A stretch of DNA of 2,515 nt, taken from the sequence record SRR16133337_110171; one strand, written 5' to 3'. Below, in pieces: positions 1-2,515 of this stretch. Within the stretch, counting starts at the first letter, position 1. Each line of letters begins with the position of its first letter. The notes under the pieces are model-generated. The model did no database searches and was not told the DNA's origin. It saw only the letters and a program-made list of their open reading frames with translations. The position numbers and the translations under genes are program-made.

Positions 1-585
1 GTCAAAATATTGTTTTATACCTAAATCGGTATTTTCAATATCACTTATAAAATCATTTAAAACTAATTTTGTGAGTTTTAACACTCCAATATCCTCTAAT
101 TTCTGAATAACACTTTTTGTAAAGTCATTTGAATATTGTTTTGAGTTGTTTTCACTTTCATTTAAAACTTTTGCTTTGAAATCTTCAATTTCTTGATGTA
201 TTAATGTTAATTGTTTTGAAATTTTGGTATTTATTATTTGATGACTATAAAACTTTTCACTTATGCTTTTTTCTCTTACTTTTTCATAAAACTCAAGTTT
301 AATATCATTCCATTTACTTTCAAAACTTGAAGCAACTTCAAAGTTAGCTGCAACTCCTCGATGTTTGCTTTCAGGTGTTTTATCACGTGCTTCAATTAAT
401 CTTTTTTGTATTTCTTTATCAGTAAAATATTTATTAGTATAAAGGTGTAAATTTGGTTGTATTTGGGTTTCTAAATATTGAGCAAATAATATTTTTCTTA
501 AATATTTATTGTCTTGAAAATACTTTCTAAAAGGCATTTCTTTTCTATGGTATAGTTCTCTTAAAAATTCTCTTTCTTTTTTCAT
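1..585 (-). CDS. Hypothetical protein, >=195 aa, 3' end outside the window; directly downstream of the integrase remnant
   Basis: Translated by hand from ATG at 585-583: MKKEREFLRELYHRKEMPFRKYFQDNKYLRKILFAQYLETQIQPNLHLYTNKYFTDKEIQKRLIEARDKTPESKHRGVAANFEVASSFESKWNDIKLEFYEKVREK...DFISDIENTDLGIKQYFD. There is no stop in 195 codons despite very low GC (about 18-27% in the 60-nt lines I counted), which is unlikely by chance. It starts 4 nt after the integrase TGA. No family recognised. Confidence 0.8.
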   Translation of the reverse strand, partial: MKKEREFLRELYHRKEMPFRKYFQDNKYLRKILFAQYLETQIQPNLHLYTNKYFTDKEIQKRLIEARDKTPESKHRGVAANFEVASSFESKWNDIKLEFYEKVREKSISEKFYSHQIINTKISKQLTLIHQEIEDFKAKVLNESENNSKQYSNDFTKSVIQKLEDIGVLKLTKLVLNDFISDIENTDLGIKQYFD

Positions 586-589
586 TTAA

Positions 590-1287
590 TCAATTAACCT
601 TTTTAAGTGGAATATCAATATCAAAAGTATCTTTAACCTCATCATAAGTAGCTTGATAATATTGATTTAAGGTTTTCATATCATTATGACCAGATATTTC
701 GGCAATCAGCTTATCACTTTTACCTTTTCGCTTCATCATAGTTATAAAGGTTCTTCGTGCAGTATGTGAACTAACACGCTCATAAAATGGCATTACTTCT
801 CTAATTACCTCTTTACCCCTTGTTGAGGTTTTTTCTACACTATGAGTATAACTAGCTATTTTAAAAACTTCTTTGATGTAATCATTATGCTTTTGGTTGG
901 CTATAAGTGGAAGTTTATAATCGTACTTTCTTTTTACTTCAAACTCTTGTAGTATGCTTCTAATATTATTGTATCGTTTCACAGTTGCAGGAGACCACTC
1001 CTTATTTTTCTGTTTGTCAATCATAAAATCATTGTAGGCATCATAAAACTTATTTTTACTGATGGCTACTTTTTTAAATTCTTTATCAAATTCACTTCTA
1101 ATTTTATCAATAGTAATTTCTTGACCTGAATTTTTATAACGGTCTGTGATAGTAGAAAAGAAATTAGTGTATCTATCTATATTTTATTTGCTCTTTGGTT
1201 ATCTGCTTTAGAAGTTCTACCAGTTAAATTGTTTGGTTGTCTATTCTCAAAATCCCATTCGTTTGGGTGTATAGTTTCGCCAGTTGA
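590..1287 (-). pseudogene. Degenerate Bacteroidota-type tyrosine recombinase/integrase (arm-binding, SAM-like and catalytic remnants)
   Basis: 1287-1180 reads STGETIHPNEWDFENRQPNNLTGRTSKADNQRANKI then TAG (1179-1177), resembling the arm-DNA-binding N-domain of Bacteroidota integrases, with no in-frame start codon. A second frame is open from 1183 to 590 (NIDRYTNFF...FYDAYNDFMIDKQKNKEWSPATVKRY...), implying a frameshift near 1180-1190. The C-terminal part has LPxIxNQKxNDYIKE, SSHTARRTFIT (HxxR, His codon 766-764), ISGH (His codon 688-686) and TLNQYY (Tyr codon 661-659). The first catalytic Arg box (TGxRxxD/E) is absent. Confidence 0.85.
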
Positions 1288-1312
1288 GGTTGCTTATACA
1301 AAATGTCGTTTT

Positions 1313-1381
1313 TTTTCCACGTACTGTATAACGTGGTAAAATTTTATTGTTTTCTTTCCACGTGTCAATTAACGTGGTAAA
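1313..1381. repeat. Two palindromic direct repeats TTTCCACGT-N6-TAACGTGGTAAA, period 41 bp (four alternating ACGTGGWAAR half-sites)
   Basis: Copy 1 at 1314-1340 is tttccacgt-actgta-taacgtggtaaa; copy 2 at 1355-1381 is tttccacgt-gtcaat-taacgtggtaaa. The 21 flanking nt are identical and only the central 6 nt vary. Each copy contains the perfect inverted core CCACGT-N8-ACGTGG. Confidence 0.9.
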
Positions 1382-1617
1382 TTACTGCTGTTATTTTCTT
1401 TATACAAATCATCATGAGTAGTAACAATGTTTTCTATTTCGCTACTATCTTTTGCTTCTTGTAGTGTTAGGGTATCAATTAAAATATTTTCATTCGGAAT
1501 TGTCTTTGCAGTTCCTTTTAATTCTGCTAAACTTTTATGTGCCTCTACTAATTGCTTTAAAACTTTGGTGGTTTCTAATTCAATGTTTGGCGGTAATTGT
1601 GGTAGTTTAAATTCCAT
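1369..1617 (-). pseudogene. Truncated Fic family protein (N-terminal Fic_N region only, about 82 aa)
   Basis: MEFKLPQLPPNIELETTKVLKQLVEAHKSLAELKGTAKTIPNENILIDTLTLQEAKDSSEIENIVTTHDDLYK matches the N-terminus of SoFic-like class II Fic proteins (LAELKG...IPN..IL..TL.LQEAKDSSEIENIVTT.D.L). ATG at 1617 with an A-rich leader is preferred over the ORF-track GTG at 1656. Recognisable similarity ends near 1400, the stop (1371-1369) lies inside the palindromic repeat, and no HPFxDGNGR motif follows. Confidence 0.85.
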
Positions 1618-1676
1618 TTTATGGGTTTGATGCGTTTTTAAATAACCAGACTGCACAGATATGATTAGAAACCAAT

Positions 1677-2420
1677 TTACAATCCTCTTTCCTTCTTAAT
1701 CTGTTCGTAAGCCTCCTGTACTTTCAAGAACTTTTCTTGAGCTCCTTTTACATGTTCTTCTCCAAGTTGACGCATCTTGTCAGGATGATGCTTTTTTGCC
1801 ATTTTTCTATAAGCTTTTTTTAACTCTTGATCGGTAGCTGTTTTTTCAATTTCTAAGATTTTGTAAGCACTTTCAGAATCGTTGTAGAACATGGCTTTGA
1901 TCGATTCAAAATCGTGCGGATTGATATTCAAATATCTCGCAATTTTGTGCAGTATATCTAGCTCATCTGGAGTAACAACTTGATCCGCTTTTGCCAAGGC
2001 AAATAAATAATGTAACAATTGCAAACGGGATGCGTGTTGCATTTGTTGGCGAATTTGTAAACAGACTTGTCGTGTAGAAATATTTTTATTTTGAAGGCTT
2101 CCTTTGAATAATTTAAAGGCGTGATTGGCTTTGTGTTTTCCATACATTTTTATAAAATAAGCTCGAACAAAATCCAATTCACGTGGGTCAATCTTTCCAT
2201 CAGCTTTGATCACTATAGAAGATAAAATCAACAAACTAATTTCAAAATCTCCTGAATTTGTAGTGTTGGAATGCTTTTGTGCTTCTTGCCTAAAATCTTG
2301 AATGTCTTTTTTGGTGAATCCGTCAATTACGTTTCCAACCATATATCCTAATACAGCACCAATGGGGCCTCCAAAAGACCATCCTAATCCTGCACCTAAC
2401 CATTTTGTAAAACTTGCCAT
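1677..2420 (-). CDS. djlA: DjlA-like co-chaperone (TerB-like domain with C-terminal J domain), 247 aa
   Basis: Gly-rich N-terminal membrane anchor (WLGAGLGWSFGGPIGAVLGYMVG), two TerB-like motifs (IKADGKIDPRE, AKADQVVTPDE), and a C-terminal J domain (AYKILEI...ELKKAYRKMAKKHHPDK...AQEKFLKVQEAYEQIK) with HPD at 1787-1779. ATG at 2420 is preferred because the ORF-track TTG start at 2444 falls inside the promoter box. Confidence 0.93.
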   Translation of the reverse strand: MASFTKWLGAGLGWSFGGPIGAVLGYMVGNVIDGFTKKDIQDFRQEAQKHSNTTNSGDFEISLLILSSIVIKADGKIDPRELDFVRAYFIKMYGKHKANHAFKLFKGSLQNKNISTRQVCLQIRQQMQHASRLQLLHYLFALAKADQVVTPDELDILHKIARYLNINPHDFESIKAMFYNDSESAYKILEIEKTATDQELKKAYRKMAKKHHPDKMRQLGEEHVKGAQEKFLKVQEAYEQIKKERGL

Positions 2421-2441
2421 TTCCAAATAAAATTTAAGGAC

Positions 2442-2449
2442 CAAAGATA
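2442..2449 (-). promoter_or_regulatory. Bacteroidota primary-sigma -7 promoter element TATCTTTG for djlA
   Basis: Exact match to the TAnnTTTG consensus, 21 nt upstream of the ATG, followed by an AT-rich leader with no clear Shine-Dalgarno. The -33 element is only a weak match (AGTG at 19-nt spacing). Confidence 0.7.
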
Positions 2450-2475
2450 CTTAAAAATCAAAGACCACCACTATG

Positions 2476-2515
2476 AAGTGTCTCGCTGTCTTTTTGTCTT
2501 GCAGTCGGGTTGTCA
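2476..2515. repeat. Degenerate 8-bp-period tandem repeat (nnn(T)GTCn, five units, reaching the window edge)
   Basis: Units aagtgtct/cgctgtct/ttttgtct/tgcagtcg/ggttgtca; GTC starts at 2480, 2488, 2496, 2504 and 2512. Confidence 0.7.

Noticed and set aside
324..345. Imperfect hairpin aacttgaag-caa-cttcaaagtt
   Set aside because: Weak, AT-rich, bulged and inside an open reading frame; likely chance.
590..1024. Intact small integrase as listed in the ORF track
   Set aside because: Lacks the first catalytic Arg box, and its frame and homology extend upstream of the Met, so it is treated as part of a pseudogene.
1309..1345. Intrinsic terminator interpretation of the palindrome
   Set aside because: On the gene-bearing minus strand the hairpin is followed by an A run rather than a U tract; on the plus strand the T run precedes the stem.
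1314..1381. Mini CRISPR array interpretation of the two repeats
   Set aside because: Only two copies, a 14-nt gap that is too short for a spacer, variation in the repeat centre, and no cas genes in the window.
1427..1630. 67-aa plus-strand ORF from the track
   Set aside because: Antisense shadow of the Fic fragment with no recognisable motif.
1958..2143. 61-aa minus-strand ORF from the track
   Set aside because: Alternative frame nested inside the well-supported djlA CDS.
1677..2420. Tellurite-resistance function based on the TerB-like domain
   Set aside because: The TM-TerB-J architecture is typical of DjlA co-chaperones and no ter operon is present.
2421..2444. N-terminal extension MVLKFYLE of DjlA
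   Set aside because: The TTG start lies within the -7 promoter box, and DjlA-like sequence begins at ATG 2420.

Overview
AT-rich window that looks like Bacteroidota (Flavobacteriaceae-like) DNA; all supported genes are on the minus strand. In transcription order (right to left): an 8-bp-periodic degenerate repeat at the window edge (2476-2515); a Bacteroidota-type -7 promoter box; an intact DjlA-like co-chaperone (TM-TerB-like-J domain, 1677-2420); a 5' fragment of a class II Fic gene that keeps the SxxxEN inhibitory motif but has no catalytic motif (1369-1617); a cluster of four alternating ACGTGGWAAR half-sites forming two palindromes 41 bp apart, located at the Fic/integrase junction (1313-1381); a decayed tyrosine integrase with a missing start, a frameshift and a probable large in-frame internal deletion (590-1287); and a very AT-rich ORF of at least 195 codons that the ORF track missed because it runs off the left edge (1-585). 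The simplest reading is the eroded edge of an integrative element next to a core gene. I cannot demonstrate a new system from the sequence alone. The best leads are the palindrome cluster, the inhibitor-only Fic remnant and the octamer periodicity.
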